DNA of 64,000 nt from Felis catus (Eukaryota), in the NCBI RefSeq assembly GCF_018350175.1, contig NC_058368.1, forward strand, positions 183,894,001 to 183,958,000, given 5' to 3'. Every line of letters starts with the position of its first letter. The stretch's first letter is position 1. Positions 38,643 through 52,964 of the stretch are shown one piece after another. The translations under genes were made by a program, and so were the position numbers. The notes beneath the pieces were generated by a model. The model worked only from the letters and a program-made list of their open reading frames with translations, had not been told where the DNA came from and did not search any database.

Positions 38643-41600
38643 ATGAATAAGTACATATCTATCAATAACTACTTTAAATATAAATGGATTAAATTCTCCA
38701 GTCAAAAGACATAAAGTGGCCAATAGGATAAGGAAACAAAAATCAAAAAACCCAAGACACATCTATATGCTGCCTGTGAGAGACTCACTTTGATTGCAAG
38801 GACAAACAGAGACCAAAAGTGAAAGAATAGAAAAAGATATTACATGCAAATGAAAACCAAAAGAAAACTGTGGTTGCTATACTCTTATCAGACAAAAAAC
38901 TTTAAAACAAGACTATAATAAAAGACAAAGGGCATGAAATAGTGACAAAGAGGTCAATCCAACAAGAAGATATAACATCTGTAAATGTTTACGCATACAA
39001 CATAGGAGCATCCAAACATATAAAGCAAATATTACCAAACCTAAAGGGAGAAATTGATAGCAACACAATAATAATAAGGGACTTTAACATCCCACTTGCA
39101 TCAAGGGATAGATTACTCAGACAGAAAATCAATAAGGAAACTTTAGCTTAAACAACACATTACACCAGATGAACTTAATAGATTCACACAGACCATTCCA
39201 TCCCAAGCCAGCAGAATACCAATTCTTCTCAAGTGCACAGGAAATATTCTCCAGAATAGATCATATGTTACACCACACAACAAGTCTCAATAGATTTAAG
39301 AAAATTGAAATCATATAAATCATCTTTTCTGACCATACTAGTATGAAACTAGAAATCAATTATAAGAAGAAAATTGGAAAAATCACAAATATGTGGAGAT
39401 TAAACTACATACTACTGAACAACAAATGGGTCAATGAGAAATCAAAGGAGAAATCAAAAAATACCTTCAGACAAATGAAAACAGAAATACAACTTACCAA
39501 ATTCCATGAGATGCAGTAAAAGCAATTCTAAGGAGGAAGTTTGCAGTGAAACACACCTACTTCAAGAATGAAAATATCTCCAAATAAACAATCCAAATTA
39601 ACACCTAAAGGAACTAGAAAAAGAAGGGCCAACAAAGCACAAACTTAGTAGAAGGAAGGAAATAACAAAAATCAAAGTGGAAATAAATGAAAAAGAGACT
39701 AAAAAGAATAGAAAAGGGGTGCCTGTGTGGCTGAGTTGGTTAAGCATCCGACTTCAGCTCAGGTCATGATCTCATGGTTTGTGGGTTCCAGTCCCGCAAT
39801 GGACTCTGCAGTGACAGTTCGGAGCCTGGACCTGCTTTGAATTCCGTGTCTCCCTCCCTCTCAGCCCCTCCCCCAGGTATGCTCTGTCGCTATCTCTCAA
39901 AAATAAATAATTGTTAAAAAAATTAAAAGAAAAAGAAAATAGAAAAGATCAATAAAATTAAGAGATGGTTCCCTGGAAAGATAAAGACAATTGACAAACA
40001 TTTAGCTAGTTTCACCAAGAAAAAAAAGAAAAAAGAGGGCTCAAATGAATAAAACAGCAATGAAAGAGACGTTACAAATGATACCACAAAAATACAAAGG
40101 ATCAGAAGGGACTACTGTGAGCAATAATATACAGCAACAAATTGAACAACCTAGTGAAAAATGATAAATTCCAAGAAACATTAAGTCTTCTCAATAGATG
40201 CAGAAAATGCATTTGACAAAATTCAACATTCACTAATGATAATAATGTTCAACAAAGTGGGTATACTGGAACATACCTCAACATGATAAAGGCCATGTGT
40301 GATAAGCTCATAGTCAACATCATACTCAATGGTGAAAATCTGAAAGCTTTTCCTCCATGATCAGAAACAAGAGAAGGATACCCACTCTCACCATATTCAA
40401 CATAATACTGGAAATCCTAGTTGCAGCACTCAGACAAGGCAAGGAAATAAAAGGCATCCAAATTGGAAAGTAAGAAGTAAAACTGTCACTGATTGCAGAT
40501 GACATGATTTCATATATAGAAAATCCTAAAGACTCCACATGAAACTACTAGAACTAATAAATGAATTCAGTAAAGTTGCAAGATACAAAATCAACACACA
40601 AAAATTTGTTGAGTTTCTATATACTAAAATTGAACTATCAGAATGAAAAATCAAGAAACAATCTAATGTATAAGTGCATCAAAAAGAATAAAAGAATAAA
40701 ATATATTTGGAATATATTTAACCAAAGAGGTTAAAGACCTCTACACTAAAAACTATAAAACGTCAATGAAAAATTGAGGAATACACCAATAAATGTAAAG
40801 ATATTCTGTGCTCATGGATTGGAAGAATTAAAACTGTTAAAATGTCCATACTCTCCAGAGCAATTTACGGATTGAATGCAATCCCTATCAAAATCACAAT
40901 GGTATTTCTGAAGAAACAGAACAACGCTAAAATTTGATTGGAACTTCAAAAGACCCTAAATAGACAAAGTAATCTTGAACATGAAAAACAAAGATGGAGG
41001 CATCATGCTTCCTGATGATATTAAACTACATTATAAAGCTACAGTAATCAAAACAGTATGATATTGACCTAAAAAGAGATACCCAGATCAATGGAACAGA
41101 ACAGAGAACCCAGGGGAAAAAAATATGCATATATGGTCAACTTATTTTTGACAAAGAAAGCAAGTATATACAATGGGGAAAGTCTTAAAAAATAGTGCTG
41201 AGAAAACAGGGCTGCCACATGCAAAACAATGAAACTGAACCACTAACTGACACCATACACAAAAATTAACTCAAATGGATTAAAGAGTTGTAAGACCTAA
41301 AACCATAAATCTCCTAGAAGAAAGCCGGCAAATAAGTTCCTTGACATTAGCTTTAGTAATTATTTTAAGTCTAACTCCAAAAGCAAAAGCAATAATAGCA
41401 AAAATAAGCAAATATCATTATTTCAAACTAAAAAGTTTCTGCACACTAAAGGAAAACATCAACGAAACAAAAAGTTAACCTCTCAATGGGAGAAAATATT
41501 CCCAAATCATGTATCTAATAAAGGCTTGATATCCAAAATATATAAAGAACTACTACTCAATAGCAAGAAATCAAACAAACTAATTAAAGATATGGGCAGA

Positions 41601-42172
41601 GGATCTGAACAGACATTTTCCCAAAGAATACACACAGATAGCCAGCAGGTGTATGAAAAAGTGCTCAACATCACTATTATCAGGAAAATTACTATGAGGT
41701 AACACCTTATACCTATAAGAATGGCTATTATCAAAAAGACAAGAGATAACAAGCGTGGGTGAGGATGTGGAGAAAAGGGAACTCTTATGCTCTGTTGTTG
41801 GGAATGCAAATTGATGCAGCCACTCTGGAATATGATGTAGAAGTTACTAAAAAAATTTAAAATAAAACACCATGTGATCAAGCAATTCCACTTTTAGGTA
41901 TTTATCCAAAGGAAGCAAAAACACTAATTTGAAAAGTTATATGCACCCTTATGTTTATTTTTCATATATGTAAATATATAAAATTTTATAAATATGTAAA
42001 TATATATAAAATATATATTTTTATATATATAACAGAATGGTATTTAACCATCAAAAAAGAATGAAATGTCTTTTGTGACAACATGGATGACCTTGAGAGT
42101 ATTATGCCTATTGAAATAATTCGGACAGAGAAAGACAAATATTGCATAATCTCACTTATATGCGGGATCTAA
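38643..42172 (+). pseudogene. Decayed L1 ORF2 (endonuclease/RT) with an internal deletion
   Basis: EN motifs (RSIQQEDITSVNVYAYNIGASKHIKQ, IIRDFNIPL), RT 'gattgcagatgacatgatt' (ADDMI); many stops and frameshifts; deletion junction near 40190. Confidence 0.85.
39716..39930 (+). mobile_element. Can-SINE nested in the old L1 ORF2
   Basis: ggggtgcctgtgtggctgag head; TSD core aatagaaaa at 39707-39715 and 39938-39946. Confidence 0.95.
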
Positions 42173-45100
42173 AAAACAAAACAAATGCACAAACAAAACA
42201 AAATAAGACCTATACATACAAAGGACAGAGTGGTGGTGGTCGACAGAGTTTGGGAAGGGGTTAGGAGCTGGGCGAAATGGATGAAGGGGGTAAGTGGATA
42301 CAAATTTCTAATTGTGAAATTAATAGGTCATGGGGATGTGGTGTGAAGCATGGTAACTGTAGTCAATGGAAATATAGTGCATATTTGAAGCTTGCTGGGA
42401 AAGTGGATCTTGCAATTTCTCATCACCATACACACACACACACAAAAAGTTTTTGTAGCTATTTATGGTTACGGATGGTGACTAGATTTATTGTGATGAT
42501 CATTCCCAGTATGTATAAGTGTGACATCATTACATTGTACATCTGAAACTAATATAATGGTGTATGTCTATTATATGTCAATAACAAGAAGTTATTTTTC
42601 TTTCTCTAGAATATTTTCTATTATAATATCTGAAATATAAAATCAGAAACTGGTAGATTATAAACCATTGTGATTACTGCCCTTTTCAAATATCTGTTGA
42701 CTTCAGTTCTTGAACTTTAAATTTTCCATTACTTAAAGCATTTCATACATGACAAAATTAAAATCTGACATGTTATTAGACCATAAATTCAACAATGATC
42801 TTTTGTTTTTAAAGGAAGTCCTTATTTGAACAAAATAATAAAGGAATTAAGGAATAGCTACCTAAGAAAGAAGCCTTGCTTTTGAGAAAAAGCAAATAAA
42901 ATCTGCTTGCTTCAGTTTCAGTCGGTTGCCTTACTTTCTAAGTGTGTAACAGTGGTTCATTTCTTATAACAATATGGCTCATGAGTATTCAAGAGACTTC
43001 AAAATGTGAAGCCAAAAGCATGAGTTGTAGAATGGTCCTTTCATGCCTTTGATGTACAAAATAAATCAGCCTGAAATCAACAGAGAATTGCCATGACAGA
43101 GGTTGGACAAATCTCAGCATGATCAAAGCATTCCAAGCCAATGACATTTGAAAGGAAATTAAAGCTTTCTCCACTGAGATTTAGCCATCTTCTACACGGA
43201 ATAAATGCAAGAATGCTAAGATGGATGGATATGTTAAGTATAGGTAGCACTCCTCCAAACCATCACGATGGTGCTTCATTTATCAAAGCAGTGTGAACCA
43301 TGTCTACTTGCATACTATGAAACTGTCTGAGGAAAAGCTTTTATTACGATTTTCTTGGCCCTCATAATACAGTCCAAAATGAGAAATTACCCACTGAAAA
43401 TACCATTTAATTTGTTTGTCATATTATAGATAAGGGATCATCATGAAGTTTAAAGGACAGAGTTATTGAGAATTGATCTTTTATTTCTACTGATGCAAAA
43501 AGTCTGGTAACAAATTAATGTAACCTTCCAATAAAAACTGCTATCATGAAATTTAATGCCTTAACATGTTTTAATGATTCATATGACAGGTATTACTTAT
43601 CTGGGAGGATAACCAAAGAGCTAAAATACATTGTTATCCCTGACATGATCAGAGGTTAAAAGGACAGATTGTAAATTCAAACTGGCATTTGATCTGCAAA
43701 GCACATCTTCAAGTATTCTCTAATATTCTGAAATACTATTCATCCTAAGAGAAACTAACCACTAAAATATTCTTAGCATAAAACCATGTTGATTGTTTTA
43801 GAGATATTTAATGGTACAGGAGTATTATATAAAATGGCTCTGAGAACCGATTTACATACCCAAGAGTAATTATATGATGTAATAAGCTTATTCTAATGTA
43901 GTTTTGCACATGGTCACTCACCGAGGGCAAGTATATTTTGTATAAAATACATATATAAAAACTCTGTTTTGATATACTTAAGACTTCTGTGCCTCTTGGA
44001 GTAGAGTTAAACAGTTACATGGCTTCACACATTTCGCTGTTCTTTTACTATTTGTTAAACACAGGCTTCAAGAGTCACTATGAAAAACATTTTGGGCAAC
44101 ACAAAATGAATGATGTATGGCCCACACCTCACAGAGCTTGCATTTTGATGAGAAAGATATGGACTATAATCAAACAATGGTATGGTATAAAAAAAGACTC
44201 TACAGAATTATTTGGCTTGAATGTATTACTCAAAGTGTACGGCATAAAAAAGAAAAATAATGATCAGTGCCAAAAATATGTGAGGCCCTTCTATTACCAG
44301 GTACTTCTATTCTAAAACACCACAACTGATAAAATCACACATAATCCCTCCCTCCAATACATACACACAGTTTTGAAGCCTGGTAAAAGATTTGAAAATC
44401 ATAGTATGGTTGTAAAGAAGGTGGGCCGGCATCATTAACAACCCAGACTCCAGTGCCTGGCTTTCTCGATCCAAATCTAGGATCAAGATTTGGTGGAAGC
44501 TTGGAAAATAAAGACAGCAGGCCTTGACTCATAGAGCTGTTGTAAGAATTCAGTGAGATTATGCATACAGAACCTCAGAAATATTAAGTCACTGTGAACA
44601 CTTGCCATTATCATTAACATTGTCATTATTCCTACTATTACATTTTCAGGTCAATAAATTTTATTGTTATCTTTCTTTACTGATTTTAGATTTGAACACT
44701 GATAGACAATATTTTCTAAAGAAATATTTTCTAAGGATGTGTTAGGCATTTACACTGATTGGTCAAGTAAAGTGACAATGGGGCTTGAACTGGTGGCCAG
44801 AAATCCCTATAATATTGAGCCACGATTCACTTCAAATTGTATAGGTTTTGAATAAACAAGTTCTTAGGAATTCAGTCTCCAAATAAAATATGATTATTCT
44901 GTACCATTTGTTTACATAGAGAACTAAGCTGAGGAAAGTTAATGCCTAAAACAAAGTTTCATGGCCAGGAAATGGAAAAACCAGGCTTAAGAGGTACCCT
45001 TAGTGATTACAGAAATGTCTTACTTCCCCACTCTCTTTACAAAGTCCAGTGTTCAAATAGAGCACCTCTTTTAAAACTGTCCTTTCCAGCACCAATAAAA

Positions 45101-46557
45101 TGAATAATCTGCAGACTCCTATGTCTTTCAGCTGTCCTTCCAATTTTTTTTTTTTTGCAGATACTTATCAGATACTGTGCTTACAATAAACATTCTTAGT
45201 TTTTTGTAACAGAACATATATGGCATGTATAGTTGGGTACCTGTCATACTTACCTCTTCTTCCTGGTAAAGAAAGGGGCTTTATCTATATCCTAATATAA
45301 GTATTAGTATTTAGGTGACTGGTGTTTCTAAAGGCTTGTTAGACAAAAATTTGAGAAGCTCACCAACTCTACATCATATACCATAAATCATTTTGTTACA
45401 TTTGCTATTCTTTCATCTTTATTTTAAAAATCTCACCACGGTGGTTTTAGTTAAGCTTAAGAATATAATATTTAGAAGCAGATAATCCTACTTAGATATG
45501 AGGCAAACAAATTTAGATAAATCCTTTACTTTAGGTTCAATGTCCTCATGAATGCAGTAGAAATAATCACGTGGTATTAGCTCTTCCATACTATTTACTC
45601 TAATGATGGCCAATTATTTCAATGTTATATTTTTGTCATTCTGTTAAATATAGTTGAAAAACTCTGCCTCTTGGGCCATGGGAATTTCTTAACTATTTGT
45701 CATATTAAATTCTTTATTTCATCTGGAAAAGGATGAACTAAATAAATGGTCTCTAGAAGAGTCCGGTACTACAAAATTTTAAATATCTTATTTCTAAGAC
45801 AGGATTTTAAAATTTATGTCACATGGGAGGAGAATGAAAGCACAATACTATATATTTCACTCTAGGTCATGGAAAACTTTTCATTAATGTTACTTGTAAT
45901 GCACTTATTTAAAAACAGAGGAAAAGACCCCTAAGGAACAAACATTTTATATATATATGACATTTTGTTAACTATCTTACACATACAGAAGTTGTCACAT
46001 GACCTTGTCCAAAGGAAGCAATTTTCAGATTGTGCCCACAAAGCTTGACAGTGGAGGTACCTCACGGTGGATGTCACATCCCAGAGGAAAGTGGACTTTC
46101 ATTTGGACTTTCAAATTATTTTATTAACAAATGTGGGATAGTGGGTGTGAAGAATGATTTTAACCAATGTTTACAAAATAAAAATAATTTTGTTGAAAAA
46201 TACACTGATGAATATCTATGTTTTAAGAACTTATTTTACTCACACACATTATAGAAGAGCCCATTAATTAAGTACTTATCAAGAAGGGAGTCCTTCTAAC
46301 CTTCAGTTGATTATATTCATGAAAGAAAATAGTATAGTGATAATATATTAATATTAGATCTGATGATTCTAAAGTTAGTTTAAATGTTGATAGGCACAGA
46401 AAAATAAGTATTTTTTGTTTATGTATTAATTGGCAATTGAAACAATAGCTCCCAAAACTGTACATGAATGATAGCTACAGGCTTGTACAATATGTATATA
46501 TACACATATACACACAGATCTTTATTAAATGGCTTATCAATTCCCACAACCAATTTA

Positions 46558-46771
46558 TGTTATTTTATATTTATTATTTATTTTTGAGAGAGAGAGAGAC
46601 AGAGAGTGAGTGGGGGAGGATTAGAGAGAGAGGGAGAGACAGAATCCTAAGCAGGCTTCAGGCTCTGAGCTGTCAGCACAGAGTCCAATGTGGGGCTCAA
46701 ACCCACGAACCATGAGATCATGACCTGAGCTAAAGTCAGATGCTTAATGGACTAAGCCACCCAGGCACACC
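46558..46771 (-). mobile_element. Can-SINE
   Basis: Typical reverse-complement body; TSD core caattta on both sides. Confidence 0.95.
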
Positions 46772-47390
46772 CCCATCAATTTAGAAAATCATTATGAAGG
46801 AGCCAAAAATTGCATAATGTCTTATTGTGCTAAACATTCTTTTCCAATGACTCATTCTAGGAGTTTATACTACAAACACATTTAGGAAGTGAAAATAAAG
46901 GATGTATAGAAAACATTACTGCTTGAAGCAAAATTTGGAGTTGGCTATTTTTATTAAAATAAACATTAGTAAAGGAATTCTCTGTCCTTTGCAATCAGCC
47001 AATTCAAATTATTTCAAAGTCATCATTCATATTTTGTGACTACAGGATAATCTAGCTGGTTATGATTACGTAATAAACAATATAAAAAGTACCTCTAGCT
47101 ATTTGGGTAGACATAATTTAGCAGTTAGATGGGTCACCAAAAATGTGTGTTTAAAACCCAAAATGCCTCTGGACTAAACATATACATGGTGTCACCCTCT
47201 GGTTCAAATATGTTCATATCTGATTCCGACAGATGAGGCTGATGTCCTTTAAATATTCATCTATTAGCTATAAACATACTATTTCTTATCCAATTTGAAA
47301 TAGTAGTACTCCTTTCTGATAGCTTTAGATTTTTGCCTTTCATCATCCATTCTTAATCTACTTCACCTTTTGCTTTTAAAGAGTTGTCCT

Positions 47391-47602
47391 TGGGCGCCTG
47401 GGTGGCTCAGCTGGTTAAGCGTCCAACTTCAGCTCAGGTCATGATCTCACGGTTTCTGAGTTTGAGCCCCGCATCAGGTTCTGTGCTGACAGCTCAGAAC
47501 CTAGAGCCTGCTTTGGATTCTGTCTCCCTCTCTCTCTAACCCTCCACTGCTCATGCTCTGTCTCTCTCTGTCTCAAAAATAAATAAAAAACATTAAAAAA
47601 AA
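47391..47602 (+). mobile_element. Can-SINE (SINEC_Fc type)
   Basis: Perfect TSD aaagagttgtcct at 47378-47390 and 47603-47615. Confidence 0.97.
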
Positions 47603-48858
47603 AAAGAGTTGTCCTCATTGTTGAATGCAGGTATTTTACATCTTACCTTACTGTGTATATTTCTGCATAACATAAATTCATATAAAATGCCAAAAATAAA
47701 CATTTGTACTTTACATTCTTTGTAAATAAATGAACAATTTATGCTGTTTTACAAACATTCTGAACTAATTTTATCAACTTTAATTTTAATTATTTTTAAG
47801 AGTCTTGGTAATTTGAGAAAAATCAAAAATCATCGCAACTCCTTACTAAGCTGTAAAATTCTTAAAGCAGGGGCTATAGCTGATGCCCTGATGGTAGAAT
47901 GCCTATAGACATCATGTGTTACATAAATGCTGCTGGCTAGGGTGCACTTCAAGGTAAGAATGCTATGTTACATTTATGTTCCCTAAGTATGTTATTAGTC
48001 TGTTTGCAGTAGGGATCTAGCATTATTTAGCTTCTCAGATCAACTAACGTTTTTCAAACATTATGTGCCTGGTCCAGAATAATATACTATTTATATTCTG
48101 GTTTGTCACATTTCCTATGAAGAAATGTGTTCCAGGAGTCATCTTGGAATACCCGCAATCCATTTCTCCACTCAGCACAAATGATGTTTTGTCTCACTTT
48201 GATTACCATTTGGGTAGAGGAAATCTGAATTCAGTGGTCTCCTTAATTCTGGCATGAAGTGTTTTAGAGGACAGCTGCTGAATTAAGTTAGGTGACAGTT
48301 AGGACATGGAGAGGCATGATGGGGAAAGAAACAAATCTCAAAGACCAGAAACAAAAATCGCTAAGGACACTGAGTTTTAGGTACTAACCATATCAATTAC
48401 AATGTATAATGTGTAGAAAAGACAACTAAATATACACATAGAGATGAAAGACGTTCTGGAAAGAAAAGATTTCATAACTTGCTTCTCTAACTTTATGCCT
48501 CTAATTTTTAAAAATGTTTTAATATTTTTCTTTTACATTTCTGTGTGAGACCACCTTAGCCTTTATAGCTATAGCTTCATGATTTTATTATTTTTTTAAT
48601 GTTTTTTTATTTTATTTTTTTATTTTTATTTTTTTTCAATATATGAAAATTATTGTCAAATTGGTTTCCATACAACACCCAGTGCTCATCCCAAAAGGTG
48701 CGCTCCTCAATACCCATCACCCACCCTCCCCTCCCTCCCACCCCCCATCAACCCTCAGTTTGTTCTCAGTTTTTAACAGTCTCTTATGCTTTGGCTCTCT
48801 CCCACTCTAACCTCTTTTTTTTTTCCTTCCCCTCCCCCATGGGTTTCTGTTAAGTTTC

Positions 48859-51800
48859 TCAGGATCCACATAAGACTGAAAACATATGGGGGGCGCCTGG
48901 GTGGCGCAGTCGGTTAAGCGTCCCACTTCAGCCAGGTCGCGATCTCGTGGTCCGTGAGTTCGAGCCCCGCGTCAGGCTCTGGGCTGATGGCTCAGAGCCT
49001 GGAGCCTGTTTCCGATTCTGTGTCTCCCTCTCTCTCTCTGCCCCTCCCCCGTTCATGCTCTGTCTCTCTCTGTCCCAAAAATAAATAAACGTTGAAAAAA
49101 AAAAAAGAGTAAAAACATATGCTATCTGTCTTTCTCTGTATGGCTTATTTCACTTAGCATCACACTCTCTAGTTCCATCCACGTTGCTACAGAGGGCCAT
49201 ATTTCATTCTTTCTCATTGCCATGTAGTACTCCATTGTGTATATAAGCCACAATTTCTTTATCCATTCATTAGCTGATGGACATTTAGGCTCTTTCCATA
49301 ATTTGGCTATTGTTGAGAGTGCTGCTATAAACATTGGGGTACAAATGCCCCTAGGCATCAGTACTCCTGTATCCCTTGGATAAATTCCTAGCAGTGCTAT
49401 TGCTGGGTCATAGGGTAGGTCTATTTTTAATTTTCTGAGGAACCTCCACACTGCTTTCCAGAGTGGCTGCACCAATTTGCATTCCCACCAACAGTGCAAG
49501 AGGGTTCCCGTTTCTCCACATCCTCGCCAGCATCTATAGTCTCCTGATTTGTTCATTTTGGCCACTCTGACTGGCGTGAGGTGATATCTGAGTGTGGTTT
49601 TGATTTGTATTTCCCTGATGATGAGCGACGTTGAGCATCTTTTCATGTGCCTGTGGGCCATCCGGATGTCTTCTTTAGAGAAGTGTCTATTCATGTTTTC
49701 TGCCCATTTCTTCACTGGGTTATTTGTTTTTCGGGTGTGGAGTTTGGTGAGCTCTTTATAGATTTTGGATACTAGCCCTTTGTCTGATATGTCATTTGCA
49801 AATATCTTTTCCCATTCCGTTGGTTGCCTTTTAGTTTTGTTGGTTGTTTCCTTTGCTGTGCAGAAGCTTTTTATCTTCATAAGGTCCCAGTAATTCATTT
49901 TTGCTTTTAATTCTCTTGCCTTTGGGGATGTGTCGAGTAAGAGATTGCTACGGCTGAGGTCAGAGAGGTCTTTTCCTGCTTTCTCCTCTAGGGTTTGGAT
50001 GGTTTCCTGTCTCACATTCAGGTTCTTTATCCATTTTGAGTTTATTTTTGTGAATGGTGTGAGAAAGTGGTCTAGTTTCAACCTTCTGCCTGTTGCTGTC
50101 CAGTTCTCCCAGCACCATTTATTAAAGAGACTGTCTTTTTTCCATTGGATGTTCTTTCCTGCTTTGTCAAAGATTAGTTGGCCATAAGTTTGTGGGTCTA
50201 GTTCTGGGGTTTCTATTCTATTCCCTTGGTCTATGTGTCTGTTTTTGTGCCAATACTATGCTGTTTGATGATTACAGCTTTGTAGTAGAGGCTAAAGTCT
50301 GGGATTGTGATGCCTCCCACTTTGGTCTTCTTCTTCAAAATTACTTTGGCTATTTGGGGCCTTTTGTGGTTCCATATGAATTTTAGGATTGCTTGTTCTA
50401 GTTTTGAGAAGAATGCTGGTGCCATTTTGATTGGGATTGCATTGAACGTGTAGATAGCTTTGGGTAGTATTGACATTTTGACAATATTTATTCTTCCAAT
50501 CCATGAGCACGGAATGTTTTTCCATTTCTTTATATCTTCTTCAATTTCCTTCATAAGCTTTCTATAGTTTTCCGCATACAGATCTTTTACATATTTGCTT
50601 AGATTTATTCCTAGCTATTTTATGCTTCTTGGTGCAATTGTGAATGGGATCAGTTTCTTTATTTGTCTTTCTGTTGCTTCATTGTTAGTGTATAAGAATG
50701 CAACTGATTTCTGTACATTGATTTTGTATCCTGCAACTTTGCTAAATTCATGTATCAGTTCTAGCAGACTTTTGGTGGAGTCTATCGGATTTTCCATGTA
50801 TAATATCATGTCATCTGCAAAAAGTGAAAGCTTGACTTCATCTTTGCCAATTTTGATGCCTTTGATTTCCTTTTGTTGTCTGATTGCTGATGCTAGAACT
50901 TCCAACACTATGTTAAACAACAGCGGTGAGAGTAGGCATCCCTGTCGTGTTCCTGATCTCAGGGAAAAAGCTCTCAGTTTTTCCCCATAGAGGATGATGT
51001 TAGCTGTGGGCTTTTCATAAATGGCTTTTATGATGTTTAAGTATGTTCCTTCTATCCCGACTTTCTCGAGGGTTTTTATTAAGAAAGGATGCTGAATTTT
51101 GTCAAAGGCCTTTTCTGCATCGATTGACAGGATCATATGGTTCTTCTCTTTTCTTTTATTAATGTGATGTATCATGTTGATTGATTTGTGAATGTTGAAC
51201 CAGCCCTGCAGCCCAGGAATGAATCCCACTTGATCATGGTGAATAATTCTTTTTATATGCTGTTGAATTCTATTTGCTAGTATCTTATTGAGAATTTTTG
51301 CATCCATATTCATCAGGGATATTGGCCTGTAGTTCTCTTTTTTTACTGGGTCTCTGTCTGGTTTAGGAATCAAAGTAATACTGGCTTCATAGAATGAGTC
51401 TGGAAGTTTTCCTTCCCTTTCTATTTCTTGGAATAGCTTGAGAAGGATAGGGATTATCTCTGCTTTAAACGTCTGGTAGAACTCCCCTGGGAAGCCATCT
51501 GGTCCTGGACTCTTATTTGTTGGGAGATTTTTGATAACCGATTCAATTTCTTCGCTGGTTATGGGTCTGGTCAAGCTTTCTATTTCCTCCTGATTGAGTT
51601 TTGGAAGAGTGTGGGTGTTCAGGAATTTGTCCATTTCTTCCAGGTTGTCCAATTTCTTGGCATATAATTTTTCATAGTATTCCCTGATAATTGTTTGTAT
51701 CTCTGAGGGATTGGTTGTAATAATTCCATTTTCATTCATGATTTTATCTATTTGAGTCATCTCCCTTTTCTTTTTGAGAAGCCTGGCTAGAGGTTTGTCA

Positions 51801-52914
51801 ATTTTGTTTATTTTTTCAAAAAACCAACTCTTGGTTTCATTGATCGGCTCTACAGTTTTTTTAGGTTCTATATTGTTTATTTCTGCTCTGATCTTTATTA
51901 TTTCTTTTCTTCTGCTGGGTTTAGGCTGCCTTTGCTGTTCTGCCTCTATTTCCTTTAGGTGTGCTGTTAGATTTTGTATTGGGGATTTTCCTTGTTTCTT
52001 GAGATAGGCCTGGATGGCAATGTATTTTCCTCTCAGGATTGTCTTTGCTGCATCCCTAAGCATTTGGATTGTTGTATTTTCATTTTCGTTTGTTTCCATA
52101 TATTTTTTAATTTCTTCTCTAATTGCCTGGTTGACCCACTCATTCGTTAGTAGGGTGTTCTTTAACCTCCATGCTTTTGGAGGTTTTCCAGACTTTTTCC
52201 TGTGGTTGATTTCAAGCTTCATAGCATTGTGGTCTGAAAGTATGCATGGTATGATTTCAATTCTTGTATACTTATGAAGGGTGTTTTGTGACCCATTATA
52301 TGATCTATCTTGGAGAATGTTCCATGTGCATGCGAGAAGAAAGTATATTCTGTTGCTTTGGGATGCCGAGTTCTAAATATATCTGTCAAGTCCATCTGAT
52401 CCAATGTATCATTCAGGACCCTTGTTTCTTCATTGACCGTGTGTCTAGATGATCTATCCATTTCTGTAAGTGGAGTGTTAAAGTCCCCTGCAATTACCAC
52501 ATTCTTATCAATGAGGTTGCTTATGTTTATGAGTAATTGTTTTATATATTTGGGGACTCCCATATTCAGCGCATAGACATTTATAACTGTTAGCTCTTCC
52601 TGATGGATAGACCCTGTAATTATTATATAATGCCCTTCTTCATCTCTTGTTACAGCCTTTAATTTAAAGTCTAGTTTGTCTGATGTAAGTGTGGCTACTC
52701 CAGCTTTCTTTTGGCCTCCAGTAGCATGATAAATAGTTCTCCATCCCCTCACTCTCAATCTAAAGGTGTCCTCAGGTCTAAAATGAGTCTCTTGTGGACA
52801 GCAAATAGATGGGTCTTGTTTTTTTATCCATTCTGATACCCTATGTCTTTTGGTTGGTGCATTTAATCCATTTACATTCAGTGTTATCATAGAAAGATAT
52901 GGGTTTAGTGTCAT
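48859..52914 (-). pseudogene. L1 ORF2p (APE endonuclease, reverse transcriptase, Cys-rich domain), disrupted
   Basis: ORF pieces 52219-52968 (MTLNPYLS..TLNVNGLN..AGDFNTPL), 50615-52222 ([10 protein letters not shown]), 50231-50554 and 49122-50081 ([18 protein letters not shown]); frameshifts near 52275 and 50260, TAG stops at 50615 and 49122, SINE before the normal terminus. Confidence 0.95.
48889..49104 (+). mobile_element. Young Can-SINE (SINEC_Fc1-like) inserted antisense into the last codons of L1 ORF2
   Basis: CpG-rich; TSD aagaStRaaaacatatg at 48872-48888 and 49105-49121. Confidence 0.97.
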
Positions 52915-52964
52915 TGTGATGTCTGTATGTTTTATGCCTGTAGCGATGTCTCTGGTACTTTGTC

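Larger units (their letters stand above)
35476..42584 (+). mobile_element. Near-full-length older carnivore/laurasiatherian L1 (L1_Carn/L1MA9-like), ~7.1 kb, inactive
   Basis: 5' end 'aagatggcagcataggaagatcctgaacttacttcctcccac'; ~1.5 kb 5'UTR; decayed ORF1 from ~36977; long inter-ORF spacer; decayed ORF2 from ~38643; L1MA9-type 3' end; degenerate TSD caagagttatatct (35462-35475) vs caagaagttattttt (42585-42599). Confidence 0.92.
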
